Part shown: piece after piece, positions 1-10,498 of the stretch | Layout of the letters: every line of letters starts with the position of its first letter | Numbering within the stretch: position 1 is the stretch's first letter | IMG/VR virus record: IMGVR_UViG_3300008255_000344 | Span: 1-30,560 of that record | Strand: one strand, 5' to 3' | Length of the DNA stretch: 30,560 bases | Origin: a virus | Taxonomy: Duplodnaviria > Caudoviricetes | Position numbers and translations under genes: made by a program | Notes under the pieces: model-generated | What the model saw: the letters and a program-made list of their open reading frames with translations, nothing else | Database searches by the model: none | Told to the model about the DNA's origin: nothing

Positions 1-291
1 CGTTCCGCTGTAGGGAGAGGTGTTTTCTTCCTCCACGCTCGCGATGGAGAATGCGGTGATGGCCCCAGGCTTGATCGCGCCGCTGTCTTCCAGAGCTACA
101 GCTAGGCGGACCGCGAGCGTTTCGGCTGAACCCTTGGCCGCCTCGAAGTCCTGGGCATACGCCTCCAGGTCACCATTCACGAGACGAATCATCCGGAAGA
201 GATCTTCCAGGGGCTCGTTGGCTCGCTCGTAGTTCCAGTGGGTGTCGCCGCTGCCGTACTTGCGAAGGGGGATTTCGTTCAGGTTAGCCAT
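1..291 (-). CDS. Partial virion structural protein (tail/baseplate operon), runs off the left edge
   Basis: ATG at 291, 11 nt after the TAA of the 165-aa gene; open to position 1 (MANLNEIPLRKYGSGDTHWNYERANEPLEDLFRMIRLVNGDLE...). Not in the ORF track; function inferred from context only. Confidence 0.7.
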   Translation of the reverse strand, partial: MANLNEIPLRKYGSGDTHWNYERANEPLEDLFRMIRLVNGDLEAYAQDFEAAKGSAETLAVRLAVALEDSGAIKPGAITAFSIASVEEENTSPYSGT

Positions 292-302
292 GTCTCAGAT
301 CC

Positions 303-800
303 TTACAGGAAGGTGATCGTCCACTCCACCGAGTTGTAGATGGAGGCATCCTTGTCCACGCCCTTCCAGGTCGTCACAGCGTAGTAGGAGCCATCCGAGA
401 ACAGAAGGCCCACCTGCGTGATCTTGTGGCTGTTGGCGTCAGAGTTAGAGGGGATGGAGGCCGAGAAAGTCACAGAGGCCTCCTGCTTAGGGTCCAGGGA
501 AGCCTGGACGGGCACCGTGGTCTTCACGTTGGAAGCACCGCCCAGGAAGCCCGTTTGGTCCTCGGGAACGGGAATGAGGTTGCCGAAGCCGTCGACACCA
601 CCGGTGCCGAAAGACATGTGGGTGATGAAAGCCTCGAACTTGTTGGTCGCGAGGTTCCCGCCCAGGGCCGCGGCCAGGAAGCGCCTGCCGGATTTGAGCA
701 CGGTGTTGGGGAAACGCTCCGTGTTCAGACATTCGCCGGTCTTCGCATCGAATGTGCGAACGACGAGGCGTCCTTGGATTTTGCGTGGGTCGTTGAGCAT
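303..800 (-). CDS. Baseplate/tail-fibre attachment protein (165 aa)
   Basis: Motifs NTVLKSGRRFLA, ITHMSFGTGG, VTFSASI and ITQVGL are typical of small myophage baseplate/fibre-collar proteins; start overlaps the stop of the 2550-aa gene. Confidence 0.7.
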   Translation of the reverse strand: MLNDPRKIQGRLVVRTFDAKTGECLNTERFPNTVLKSGRRFLAAALGGNLATNKFEAFITHMSFGTGGVDGFGNLIPVPEDQTGFLGGASNVKTTVPVQASLDPKQEASVTFSASIPSNSDANSHKITQVGLLFSDGSYYAVTTWKGVDKDASIYNSVEWTITFL

Positions 801-3800
801 CAGTTGAACTCCTGGGTTTCGATGAGCTTTCCGGACAGGTCGAAGGTCTTCACCTTTATGTACGATCCTCCCCTGGTAGCACTGGCAGTGGCAGCAGAGA
901 CAGCCGGGTCGAAGACGATGATCTCCACATCATTAGAGGGCGAGAATGGCTCAGCATCCAGCAGGAGGCCTCCCAGCAGCTTCACCTGGGTGATGTTGCC
1001 AGCGGGAGCGTCAGAGCCGATGATGCTGACCGTGTAGTCCTCGTCCTTCACGCGCACGCGCACCAGCGAGGGAATGTTCGCAACGGTGGCGTATCCGGAA
1101 GGCATGACGCTCGTGAGATCCAGGCCGAGAGTGGCGTAGCGGACAATGCGCTGCCAGCTACCGTCCTTGCCCGACACCGTGGAGGAAAGGACCTCTCGGG
1201 TGATCAAACCATTATAGCTTCCGACGATGTCGACTCCGGAGGTGATCACGTAGACGTCGGTGCCTCTCTTTGTCACCTCGGTGACTTCGTAGGGCTCCAT
1301 GTAGCTGTCTGGATCCCTGAAGAGGAAATCGCCCACGTGCAGGTCATACTTGTCGAAATGCGTATTCGAGACCTTGAAGCGACGCTTCTCGCTGATCGTC
1401 AGGCTGCCGCCTTCAGACCACGTCGAAGGAGCGTCCTGCCACTCGTAGAAGAGGAAGAAACCATCGCGCAGATCCAGCTCGCGTTCGGTGCTGCGCTGAA
1501 TGATGACCGAAGTGGAGCGGATCTGCTGCACATCTGCATCAGTCGCGGCATCTCCTGCCCCCACGTAAGTGAAGTTCCTCAGGGTCATCAGGTCCTGGGG
1601 AGAGACGAAGTCGAAGACGATTTCCTGGTCATCCACGATCGTGGCCAACACCAGGTTCGTCTGGAAGTTGTCTAGGCGGTAAGCCCTAACCTTGCCATCC
1701 ACGATGACGAAGTCCACGGCCCTCACCTGGCCGTAGTAGATGGAGCCAATGCCGTCGATACGCATGTCGGAGGTCAGCACACCGATAGCGTCTGGGTCGT
1801 AGAGGTTTGAGTGAGCCACCGTGCCCTGAAGCTCTGGGTACTTCGCGGCATCCGAGTCAGTGAAGAGCAGGTTCTTGCGCAGGACCCGCCCCAGGAGGTT
1901 GAAGTTGGACGTAGGTTGAGCTGCGCCGAACCCTTCCTGCTGCGTGACAGGCTCGATGGAGAGCTTGCCTGCATGGCTGGCATTCGGATTGGTGTACTGG
2001 CGCTCGGCCAGAACCTTGAGCGAGGAGCGGTTGAGCTGGCCGTCCGTCGAGACAGCGATGGCCTTGGGACCTGTTCCAGAAGCGATGGTGGCCTGGAGAG
2101 TTGAAGCTCCAGCCTGATCGATGACGAAGAACGGTCCGCCCAGTCCTGAGAGAACGTCCAGGACCTCGTGGGTCTCGTACACAGCATTGCCGTCGATGGC
2201 GTTCGCCTGATCGGGCCCGAATGCGAAAACCAGGAAGTCACCCTTCACGATCACGTTGGTCTCAAGACCAGTGATCGCGACATGGAGGTTCCTGCCGACC
2301 TCGGTGACCGTCATCGAGAGCGTCGGGGTGATCTCGTTGAAGATCTCGAAGTCAGTACGGCTGTCGGGATATCCATTGAACTCCTCGCGGAAGACCAGGG
2401 CGGTCTCATCAAAACGACTCACGCCGCGCAGGCGCTTGGTGCGTCCCATGACGAGCGCAAAGGCCTTCTCAGCCACCACACCGGCGTAGTCGATGCCAGC
2501 GAAGGGGAGAGCCGTCTTGGCGAACTGGCGGGCCGTCAGAAGCCATTCTACGCCCTTTGAGGTGTCGGGCTGGATCCAGTGGTCGCCCTTGTAGAACGGC
2601 GCATAGGTTCCATCCAGAATGGCGTCCCACAGCGGGTTCGGAATCTTGGTTCCATCGGGCATCCTGCGGGGATCAAAGGTCAGGACGGTGTCCCTGAACG
2701 CCTTGCGGACCCAGTAGGTGACCGATTCCTTGGGGCGCGGCACCAGGTCCTGGTTCGTCGACCGGAAGCCCATGAAGCGCTGCACGGCGTCCGCCGGGAG
2801 CATCTCGGTGATGACTTCCTTCAGCTCGTTGATCGTGACGCTGCCAGCAATGGGCACCGTGACCACGAAACCAATGTGGCTCGCTGGCGAACAGGAGCAA
2901 GGTTCGATGAAGGATTCGTCAATGTCGCAAGGGTCACTGCTGGGCCTGACCGAACCATCGAACTCATCCGTGTTGAAAACGGTGCGGCCAAAGGGCACTT
3001 CGGTCCTGGCCTGGCCGAAGACCACGTTACTCGGGAAGGGCTGGTGGTCGCCGCAGATGACCTTCAGGTTCTCGTCCCTGAGGTCGATGAGCCTGGTTTC
3101 ATGGTCCACCTTCGGGGAAGGCACCACGGTGGGTTCTTCGCCAGCGAGGAGCTGCTTCTTCCAGAGGGCGTAGGTGCGAAGTTGATCGATACGGCGCACG
3201 TCGGCGCGAGGCATGGAGAGAACGTACAGCTCCAGCCAGTCGTCCAAACCAGCAGCGGCCTTGGCGTCAAGAGGCACACGTCCCTGGAGCAGGGAGATGT
3301 GAAGGAGATCCCTCAGGCTGTCCGAATAGCTGATCGTGGAGATTGGGTACTCCAACCTTCCAGGCAGGTTGCGACCACCGTATGGGACTGAACCATTGAA
3401 CACGAACAGAGTGACTGCGTAGATCGGCGAGAACTCTGGAACATCGTCGAGGTTCTCCTTCTTGTAGATCTTCCTGGTATCCGAAGTGAGGGGATCGATT
3501 TCAGAACCCACGACCGCGGCCAGCTCGTTCGATGTCCACAGGATCCGATCATTGACCTTCCAGTCTTCGTCCACCAAGGGATCGTAAGCCACAGTGTCGT
3601 AGAAGGACTGTCGATCGAGCTGCGAACTGGAGATGTCGATGTGTTGCTGACATCCCAGGATGTATGTCGGGACAATGTCCTGGGGGCGGCCCAACGAGAC
3701 AATGCTGGCAGGGCGAAGAGAGACGTCGGTGCGATCTTCCAGGACTGTGAACTCGACGACAGAGTCTCCGGTCAGCCTGCGGAAGTAGTCGCCGAAGCCG

Positions 3801-6800
3801 AAGCGCTTGGCTTCTTCGGTCGTGATGTCTGGGAAGATGTTGAGGGTGATGCCAAAGCTGTCGAGAATCACCACGCGACCCATCGGGTAGATGAGGGAGA
3901 ACGTAGATCCAGAAGGAATGACCACGCTCGAATCAATCGAGATCCTGACTTCGGTGTGGTAGCCAGGGAGGTGGTAGACCTTCTCGACCGTATACTGGTC
4001 GGTGGAGATGTCGACAGTGGTACCGTCCGGCTTGCGCATGGTGAGCTTCCAGCGGTCCACCAGCCTCTTGCGGGTTTCCACCTGGCGGTAACCCTCGCCC
4101 ACCTTTTCCAGATCGCCCCAGTAAACCGAGGGCTCCAGAAGGAGATCATCCTTCCATCCGAAGGTGAAAGCAATCACCGCAACGTGGGTTCCCAGACCTC
4201 CTGGGAAATAGGGATCAACACGCCAGAAGGCGCGGTGTTCCCAGATGCCTGGAGGCAGAGAATAGAAGCGTGCTGGGTAACGTCCCCTGAGATACACCTC
4301 CACGATGCCCGTGAGATCTGGTGCCTCCATGCTCTTCATCCAGACCTCGGACTTGTTGCTCAAGGGGTCGTGGACGAATACGAAATCGTTGGGGTCGATG
4401 ATGAAGCTCTCACCATCCTCGTCGGTCAGTGTCAGCCTGGGAGTTTCACCAGACGTCGCCGCAACAAGCTGGAACCAACGATCATCCACCGCAGCATAGG
4501 ATCCTCCAAGAGGAGGCAGCTCGGTAAAGTCGTCTGACCAGCGCATGTCGACGATCAGCATCGCCTCCGAATTGGTCAGTGGGTTATACTGCCTGAAGAA
4601 AACCACGCCGTCTGAGGAACCGTCTTCCTCGACCTTGATGTTCAGCGCGACGATGTCTGAGCTGACAGCGATCAATTCGATCGGCGTACTCACGATGGAG
4701 ATGTTCCAGTCGTCGTTCAAACCACTGCCGCTGGTCGTGGCGACGTTGACCGTGAGGTTGGAGCCAACGTAGGCGGTGACGATGCCTTCCATGTAAGAAG
4801 AGGGGTCACCGTTCACCTCGATCTTCACTGTTTCGCCGCCCACGTAAGGCAGGCCAGAGGCGACCGAGAATACCTTGGATCCAGTGCCAATCGACACAGA
4901 ACTCAGCGAGGAAGTAGCGTATGCTGAAGCGCCAACGTCCTCGATGGCTCCATAGGCCACCAGATCACCGCTGGGCTCGTAGATCCTCATCAGGAGCTTG
5001 TAGCGCTTGGTGGACTGGGCCACCGGGCACCACTCGGTGTCTTCCACGCTCGGCATGAAAGAGAGGACTTTCTCCATCTTGAAGCGCACCAGGTGCTTCC
5101 TGGTACCAGCGGTGGGTACGCTGTTGTCGATGGGCACCGCAATGCGACGCTCATTGAACTTCATCGAGGCAGGCGAGATGTTCCAGTACAGCTCGTCAGG
5201 ATCCAGGGGATTCTGCACGAAGCGCTGCTGAGGAACCTCGGGTGCGAAGCGCCAGGAGTCGACCACGGTCTTCTGCGAGGACACCGTCATGCGCTCAGCG
5301 TCCGAGTTGATCGTGTAGTAGTCCTCGAACTCGACTCCCGTCTCGAACAGCCCGAACTCGGCCACCGGCCTGGTAACGTCAGAAAGAGTGTTGGGGAAAG
5401 CGTCCAACAGCGATGTAGGCGCTACTTCGAGCCGGTTATCGCCAACCTGATCGAAGAGGAATGCGTAAGTTCCCTTCGGCCTGCGCGAGGTGATCTTGGC
5501 CTCGATCGAGTACTCGAACGTGAAACGGCTGCCAAGATGCTGCTCTGCGAAGACGGCAGCCCTTGCAGCAGTTCTTGCTCCTACGAAGTTGGGGATGTCG
5601 TCATCCACCGCCACCCACTGGGCGGAGTCGTTCATGTCCTCGGGGTCAGTGGCTTCGAGGAGACCGTCGAGCCGATAGTACGCGAGGGAGTTACTGCTGC
5701 GAAGAGCCTCTTCGCTGTACTGCCCGCCATCGAAGGTTCCAGCCCTGACATAGAGCTGCCAAGGGGCACCTGGTTCATTCGACTGAACCCTGATCATGGT
5801 GGGCTGGTAGCCTCGCGTGGGACCCTGGTCGCTCGGCCAAACCTGAGTCCAGCGACCCGAGTATTCAAGCGCCCAGACCTCGTTCTTGGGTCCACTCTTC
5901 TGATCGTACCCTCCGAACATCACGGCATGGGCAATGTTGCTGCTGCCAGCATCTACCGGCAGAGAACACGCTCCTGCGCCTGCGCGAGGAGATGGCTCCA
6001 GGTTGATGACACCAACATTGAAGAACAGACAGACCTGCCAGTTGGCGATTGTACCACTGCCGCCAACAGATGCCACGAGAACAACCAGCTCACCGGTGTT
6101 GGCATTGTACGAGGTCACTGCGCCCCGCATGTAGTTGGCCGGAGTACCAGGCTCAGAGATGATGACTTCCTGGCCCGCTACGAAACTCTTACCCGTATTG
6201 ATGGTGATGGTCTTGCTGCCAGTACCGATTGTTTCAGAGGTCGTAGAGGTGGCGTAGTAGTCCTCGTAATCGTTATCGACCCAGAGGATCACGCCTGCGA
6301 CAGAGGTACCTCCTGGCACCGAGGTCACCCTCAGGGCAAAACGCTTCCGAACATCAGCGCCGCTCTCGAAGAGGATGACGTGACCCTTGCGGATGTTCGT
6401 CGTGTCGTCGATATTGCCAGCAGTGGCGAGAATGAAGTCTCCCGCCAGGATATTGCCAAAGACGAAGTTGGATTCTGTGATGATGGCATTCGGGGTGACT
6501 GGCTCCCACTTGAGCGAGGCTTCATTCCACCGCCATGTGTCGCCAAAGGTACCAGAGCGCCCGACGCCGCCGAACAGGAACGAACGAGCGTTCGACTGAG
6601 AGGTAGCGTCATGGGTGTCCAGTACGGTCGCGCCTGCACGTGCAGGGGGCGCTGTACCTTCGTGGAGAGTCCAGCGCAGGTCACCAAGGTCGCTGAAGTC
6701 GAGCAGCCAGGTGTCGTTGAGGAAGCGACCTTCGATGTTGATGCCACCAAAGATCAGGGCCTTGTACTCGGCATACCAGATCACCGAGTAACCGCGGCGT

Positions 6801-8452
6801 GCCGGTGGGCGCGTGTTGGCCTCCAGCTCGACCGGACCATCAGCAGTCAGCTCGTTCACGATGATTGAGGGAAGACCGCCGGATTCACCAATCGAGATGA
6901 ACTTGGCGTCATTGAGATGGTACAGAACCGATGGGCCAGAACGCACAGAGAAGGGCCAGGTCTGTTGGGCCTCGAAGTCCAGGGTAGACGGAATGAGACC
7001 CCACGGAGCCACGGGATAGGTCACCCGGACTTCATCCCAGAGCGTCAGGCGGTAAGGATCAACGATTTGTGCCGTCTGAGGCGGGAAGGTGTTCGCGATG
7101 ATCTTGTCAAGCGTGACAAGGGCATACCACTTGCCGTCCCGCTCCTCGAAGCGAACCAGGAGGAAGTTGCCTTCCCTGGAGGGCAGAGTGTGCCAGTGAT
7201 CCTCGCCTTCGCCTCTGATCTCCAGGGTGACGAAGGGGACCAGGGGATCCCGGCGCTCACGACCGTATGGGAAGTACCATGGCGGCCTGTTCAGAGGCAG
7301 GCGATAGGTGCGGGCGTTCGCTCCATCGAGAAGAAGCTCGCTCTCGGTCTCTGGTGTGATGACCCAGGCCTGGGAACCGAACTTCTGGGAGCGCACCTGG
7401 TAGTAGTTCGCGAAGTCTTCCAGGTCAGCACCACAGTCGGCGAGACGGTTGCACAGACCCTCCACGCTTCCCTTCTGCTTGAGGCGGTCGGTTGCGTAAA
7501 TGACCTGGTCGCGCCACTTCTTCTGATCCAGGCCGATCAGTCGGAAACCATACTCGGCTGCAACGTGGTCAAGAACCAGAACAGGAGCGGTCAGAGGATC
7601 CCAGACATCGGAGACACCCTCCACGAGGTCGTACTCGCGGGCGATCATCTCATTGAAGTATCCAATGAGGTCCTGGGTCTTGAAGTTCCCGTCGCTGCCC
7701 TCGAAGTTCTCCAGGTCGAAGTAGAAGAAGGGGATCTTGTTCTTGGTCGTGTCCCTCAGGCGCTCACGCCGGAACGAGAGGTTCGACTGAGCCATGGAAA
7801 GCTCGCGATCGAAGAAGAACTCGACGGCTCCGGTGCCCGTGTCAGCGCCCTTGGAGAACTCGATGAGGCTGAAGTAGCTGCCGGGTCCGAAGCGCAGTTC
7901 GCCCGAGTCGAACATGTACTCAAAGGTGCCTGGACCATACCGGCGAATCGACTGGTCGAATGGGCGCTTGTTCCAGGTGATCTCGAAGGCCGTTCCATCT
8001 GCAACAAGGTCGCCTACACTGATCGTGAAGGTCAAAGTGTCAGTTCCTGACACATTCACCCGGTCGCTGGAAACGGGAACGCGCTCTCCATCAAGCAAGA
8101 GGATGTCGTTGGAGAAGTCGTGAGAGGCTCCATCTTCGATCTGGGTCTTATCGACCTCAATCTTGATCTCTCCCGAAGCCACGGTGCCACTCACAAAGCC
8201 CTGATCGTCCGAGGACCAGATGGGCTTGGTGGCATCCTCGGCGTTGGTTTTCTTCAGGAACACGTAGGCAGACGGATCCGCCTGGTACTCGGGGGATTTC
8301 GCAATCCTGTAGATCGTGATCGAGTCGATACTGTCGGGCTCGATGGGCACCAGGTTCTCGTCCCTCAGCACGAACAGCACAGACACCAAACGAGGCAGCG
8401 GGAGAGCCCTTTCGGTACCATCCTTGATCTGTACGAAGTTGCCTGTCGTCAT
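800..8452 (-). CDS. Giant baseplate wedge/tail protein (2550 aa): P2 gpI/T4 gp7-like segment, Kelch repeats, two copies of a ~75-aa beta domain
   Basis: WDPLTAPVLVLDHVAAEYG...KQKGSVEGL is tail protein I-like; repeated P-x-R...FGG...DTW Kelch blades; YATS...IGTGSK...YMxG.VT.Y domain occurs twice; directly follows the gp6/J-like gene. Confidence 0.75.
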   Translation of the reverse strand: MTTGNFVQIKDGTERALPLPRLVSVLFVLRDENLVPIEPDSIDSITIYRIAKSPEYQADPSAYVFLKKTNAEDATKPIWSSDDQGFVSGTVASGEIKIEVDKTQIEDGASHDFSNDILLLDGERVPVSSDRVNVSGTDTLTFTISVGDLVADGTAFEITWNKRPFDQSIRRYGPGTFEYMFDSGELRFGPGSYFSLIEFSKGADTGTGAVEFFFDRELSMAQSNLSFRRERLRDTTKNKIPFFYFDLENFEGSDGNFKTQDLIGYFNEMIAREYDLVEGVSDVWDPLTAPVLVLDHVAAEYGFRLIGLDQKKWRDQVIYATDRLKQKGSVEGLCNRLADCGADLEDFANYYQVRSQKFGSQAWVITPETESELLLDGANARTYRLPLNRPPWYFPYGRERRDPLVPFVTLEIRGEGEDHWHTLPSREGNFLLVRFEERDGKWYALVTLDKIIANTFPPQTAQIVDPYRLTLWDEVRVTYPVAPWGLIPSTLDFEAQQTWPFSVRSGPSVLYHLNDAKFISIGESGGLPSIIVNELTADGPVELEANTRPPARRGYSVIWYAEYKALIFGGINIEGRFLNDTWLLDFSDLGDLRWTLHEGTAPPARAGATVLDTHDATSQSNARSFLFGGVGRSGTFGDTWRWNEASLKWEPVTPNAIITESNFVFGNILAGDFILATAGNIDDTTNIRKGHVILFESGADVRKRFALRVTSVPGGTSVAGVILWVDNDYEDYYATSTTSETIGTGSKTITINTGKSFVAGQEVIISEPGTPANYMRGAVTSYNANTGELVVLVASVGGSGTIANWQVCLFFNVGVINLEPSPRAGAGACSLPVDAGSSNIAHAVMFGGYDQKSGPKNEVWALEYSGRWTQVWPSDQGPTRGYQPTMIRVQSNEPGAPWQLYVRAGTFDGGQYSEEALRSSNSLAYYRLDGLLEATDPEDMNDSAQWVAVDDDIPNFVGARTAARAAVFAEQHLGSRFTFEYSIEAKITSRRPKGTYAFLFDQVGDNRLEVAPTSLLDAFPNTLSDVTRPVAEFGLFETGVEFEDYYTINSDAERMTVSSQKTVVDSWRFAPEVPQQRFVQNPLDPDELYWNISPASMKFNERRIAVPIDNSVPTAGTRKHLVRFKMEKVLSFMPSVEDTEWCPVAQSTKRYKLLMRIYEPSGDLVAYGAIEDVGASAYATSSLSSVSIGTGSKVFSVASGLPYVGGETVKIEVNGDPSSYMEGIVTAYVGSNLTVNVATTSGSGLNDDWNISIVSTPIELIAVSSDIVALNIKVEEDGSSDGVVFFRQYNPLTNSEAMLIVDMRWSDDFTELPPLGGSYAAVDDRWFQLVAATSGETPRLTLTDEDGESFIIDPNDFVFVHDPLSNKSEVWMKSMEAPDLTGIVEVYLRGRYPARFYSLPPGIWEHRAFWRVDPYFPGGLGTHVAVIAFTFGWKDDLLLEPSVYWGDLEKVGEGYRQVETRKRLVDRWKLTMRKPDGTTVDISTDQYTVEKVYHLPGYHTEVRISIDSSVVIPSGSTFSLIYPMGRVVILDSFGITLNIFPDITTEEAKRFGFGDYFRRLTGDSVVEFTVLEDRTDVSLRPASIVSLGRPQDIVPTYILGCQQHIDISSSQLDRQSFYDTVAYDPLVDEDWKVNDRILWTSNELAAVVGSEIDPLTSDTRKIYKKENLDDVPEFSPIYAVTLFVFNGSVPYGGRNLPGRLEYPISTISYSDSLRDLLHISLLQGRVPLDAKAAAGLDDWLELYVLSMPRADVRRIDQLRTYALWKKQLLAGEEPTVVPSPKVDHETRLIDLRDENLKVICGDHQPFPSNVVFGQARTEVPFGRTVFNTDEFDGSVRPSSDPCDIDESFIEPCSCSPASHIGFVVTVPIAGSVTINELKEVITEMLPADAVQRFMGFRSTNQDLVPRPKESVTYWVRKAFRDTVLTFDPRRMPDGTKIPNPLWDAILDGTYAPFYKGDHWIQPDTSKGVEWLLTARQFAKTALPFAGIDYAGVVAEKAFALVMGRTKRLRGVSRFDETALVFREEFNGYPDSRTDFEIFNEITPTLSMTVTEVGRNLHVAITGLETNVIVKGDFLVFAFGPDQANAIDGNAVYETHEVLDVLSGLGGPFFVIDQAGASTLQATIASGTGPKAIAVSTDGQLNRSSLKVLAERQYTNPNASHAGKLSIEPVTQQEGFGAAQPTSNFNLLGRVLRKNLLFTDSDAAKYPELQGTVAHSNLYDPDAIGVLTSDMRIDGIGSIYYGQVRAVDFVIVDGKVRAYRLDNFQTNLVLATIVDDQEIVFDFVSPQDLMTLRNFTYVGAGDAATDADVQQIRSTSVIIQRSTERELDLRDGFFLFYEWQDAPSTWSEGGSLTISEKRRFKVSNTHFDKYDLHVGDFLFRDPDSYMEPYEVTEVTKRGTDVYVITSGVDIVGSYNGLITREVLSSTVSGKDGSWQRIVRYATLGLDLTSVMPSGYATVANIPSLVRVRVKDEDYTVSIIGSDAPAGNITQVKLLGGLLLDAEPFSPSNDVEIIVFDPAVSAATASATRGGSYIKVKTFDLSGKLIETQEFN

Positions 8453-10041
8453 CAGAACTGGTCTCCAGTGAACGAGACGTTGATCTCAGGCGAGCGCGAC
8501 CTGATCAGCTCATTGTGAGCCGACGTGTAACTGCCGTCCTGGTTCATCTCGAACCCTGGATCCAGCTCGAAGTCCACACGGACATCGGTGGCCGGTGTTC
8601 CAGAGAGAATGAGCTTGGCGGCTTCGGAGGGGCGCAGCGGGCGACCGAAGGTCCAGGTCTCCAGGGAGAAGAAGAAATCGATCGCCGCATTGACGAGAGA
8701 CTCCATCTCCGCCTTGCGAACCGAGTAAGACCTCGGGAAGTTGGCGAAGACCCGGACGTTCGTTTCCACGATGCGTCCCGGCTTGATGCAAACACTGTGA
8801 GTCGCCATCTTCTTGGCTTCGACCGCTTCGGCCAGACTTTCAACCAGCCTGTCGGATGCCCTGGTGATGGTCGTCTTGTTGATGTACTCAACGGTGAAGA
8901 TGTCGATGATGTTGGCCGAGCATCCGGCGTGGCGCAGGTAAGACCTGGCCTTGGCGACGCGACCAATACCTTCGTCGAAGTAGGTGGTTGCGAAAGAGGT
9001 GTAGTCCTCCAGGGAGGTCAGGCGGTCCTGCCTCTTCCAGAAGAAGGGAAGGTTGGCGCGAATCTCGTCCACGGTCTCCCCGTTGTCGCCACCCCTGCCC
9101 CGACTACGGTTCACGAAAGCGATGGGGGCCGAGATACCCTGAGCAGGAACAGCTACCGTCTCAGTGATGTTGATGAAGCCGGACGGCACGTTGCCGCGCT
9201 CGCCTCCTCCAACCCTGTAGACGACCTCCACGCGGGACCCTTCGGGGAAGGAAAGGCCGCGGTTGCCGTCACCACCGACCACGAAATAACGGTCGTCGCG
9301 ATCATTGATGTCCACGCGATAGACCTGAACGGGACCCTGGTTGTAGAGGGTCTCAACTTCGTTCCAGCGCGTGCTGTCCACGAAGACCCGGATGCTGTCG
9401 GGCAAAACGTCCTGTTCTAGCAGGGAAATGGTCTGGAAAGGCTGGCCGGTGCCTTCAACCTGCACGGCCCTGGTCTCTCCCTCGACGCCCACGATGTTCG
9501 TGTTCGAGGTGGAACCTGCCGGGAGGATGATCTCTTCGTCCTCGATCGGCTCGCTATTCTCGTCAGCCACGTAGACCTGGAAGGCGAGGACATTGCCGTC
9601 GATGCCGACGTTGTTCTGAATCAGGAAGCCAGGCTGAATGATGATGTCCACCGGGTAGGCCTGGGGCACCGTGATCGCCATGTCGTAGTAGGCCGACATC
9701 CTGGGACGAGGGCGGTATCCGCGGCCTCGGGCGTGACGCTTGATGTTCTTCGGGAGCGCAGAGGTGAGAAAGATCGCCTCGTTGGCGATGTAGTCGGTCT
9801 TGAACGAGATGAAGTCGCCATGAGCCGCGAGGTACTCAAGAGCGACGACGCCGAAGTCGGACTCCACGAAGTTGTTGTACTTGTCGCCAAACAGGTTCCG
9901 CGCAATGCGGTAGAGCATCCGTTTGATGGCAGGGTAGTCCCAGGCGGTGTAGTCGATCGCCGGGAGTTGCTGCTGCCCCTGGTTTTCCGCACTCGCGGCC
10001 AAGGGGTCAGAGAACGTGAATTGTACTGTTTCGTTCGCCAA
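8452..10041 (-). CDS. Baseplate wedge subunit, T4 gp6 / baseplate J-like (529 aa)
   Basis: IDYTAWDYPAIK, NFVESDFG, ANEAIFLTS, GGERGNV and GGDNGETVDEIR...QDRLTSLEDY motifs; TTG start with GAGG RBS. Confidence 0.88.
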   Translation of the reverse strand: MANETVQFTFSDPLAASAENQGQQQLPAIDYTAWDYPAIKRMLYRIARNLFGDKYNNFVESDFGVVALEYLAAHGDFISFKTDYIANEAIFLTSALPKNIKRHARGRGYRPRPRMSAYYDMAITVPQAYPVDIIIQPGFLIQNNVGIDGNVLAFQVYVADENSEPIEDEEIILPAGSTSNTNIVGVEGETRAVQVEGTGQPFQTISLLEQDVLPDSIRVFVDSTRWNEVETLYNQGPVQVYRVDINDRDDRYFVVGGDGNRGLSFPEGSRVEVVYRVGGGERGNVPSGFINITETVAVPAQGISAPIAFVNRSRGRGGDNGETVDEIRANLPFFWKRQDRLTSLEDYTSFATTYFDEGIGRVAKARSYLRHAGCSANIIDIFTVEYINKTTITRASDRLVESLAEAVEAKKMATHSVCIKPGRIVETNVRVFANFPRSYSVRKAEMESLVNAAIDFFFSLETWTFGRPLRPSEAAKLILSGTPATDVRVDFELDPGFEMNQDGSYTSAHNELIRSRSPEINVSFTGDQF

Positions 10042-10069
10042 GATCCGATACCTCGCGTCAGGTCTTTCC

Positions 10070-10075
10070 TATCTA
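10070..10075 (-). promoter_or_regulatory. TAGATA putative late-promoter motif upstream of the baseplate operon
   Basis: 28 nt upstream of the start at 10041; the same hexamer sits at similar spacing before five other genes. Confidence 0.6.
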
Positions 10076-10498
10076 AGCGCCACCAGCCAGGAAGGCATCG
10101 GTGCAAAGGTACTGGAAGGTGCCAGAATCAATGCGCATGCTCCCGTCGACCCGCTTGCCCAGGAAGAGAGGAGAAAACCGCACGGTACCAGTCTGGAAAG
10201 CTCTCCAGAAGTACCATCCGCTCTGATTCCTCATGGGTTTGATGGCGATGCGGACAACGCCATCGATAGACCAGGCTCTCAGTACGCTGAAAGCGGCCTG
10301 AGAATACGGCCTCACACCTCCATAAGAGGGCAGAGCATCATCATTTTCAGGCTCGAAGAACCCGATATGGGTCCCGAGAGTAATCTGATGAATCATCTTG
10401 TCAGCGCACGTCTGGTCGAGGACCACGGGGGTTTCCCCGAAGGGATAGCCTACCCGGCAGAGGGTGACGCTCCTGATCAGGCGGGCTGAGTACCTCAT
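10073..10498 (-). CDS. Hypothetical protein, possibly a degenerate prohead-protease (gp21-like) fold (141 aa)
   Basis: ATGA overlap with the glycosyltransferase stop; C-terminal half loosely tracks the gp21 pattern but lacks the catalytic HP and SSRG motifs. Confidence 0.6.
   Translation of the reverse strand: MRYSARLIRSVTLCRVGYPFGETPVVLDQTCADKMIHQITLGTHIGFFEPENDDALPSYGGVRPYSQAAFSVLRAWSIDGVVRIAIKPMRNQSGWYFWRAFQTGTVRFSPLFLGKRVDGSMRIDSGTFQYLCTDAFLAGGA

Noticed and set aside
5093-6868. Long plus-strand ORFs (591 aa here; also 6917-8050, 8515-9420, 20494-21876)
   Set aside because: They are antisense shadows of codon-biased minus-strand genes in GC-rich DNA, with no motifs or RBS.
303-10041. 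Extracellular contractile injection system or tailocin locus
   Set aside because: The surrounding ligase, tRNAs, HNH and many small phage-type genes fit a large phage genome better, though domestication cannot be excluded from this window alone.
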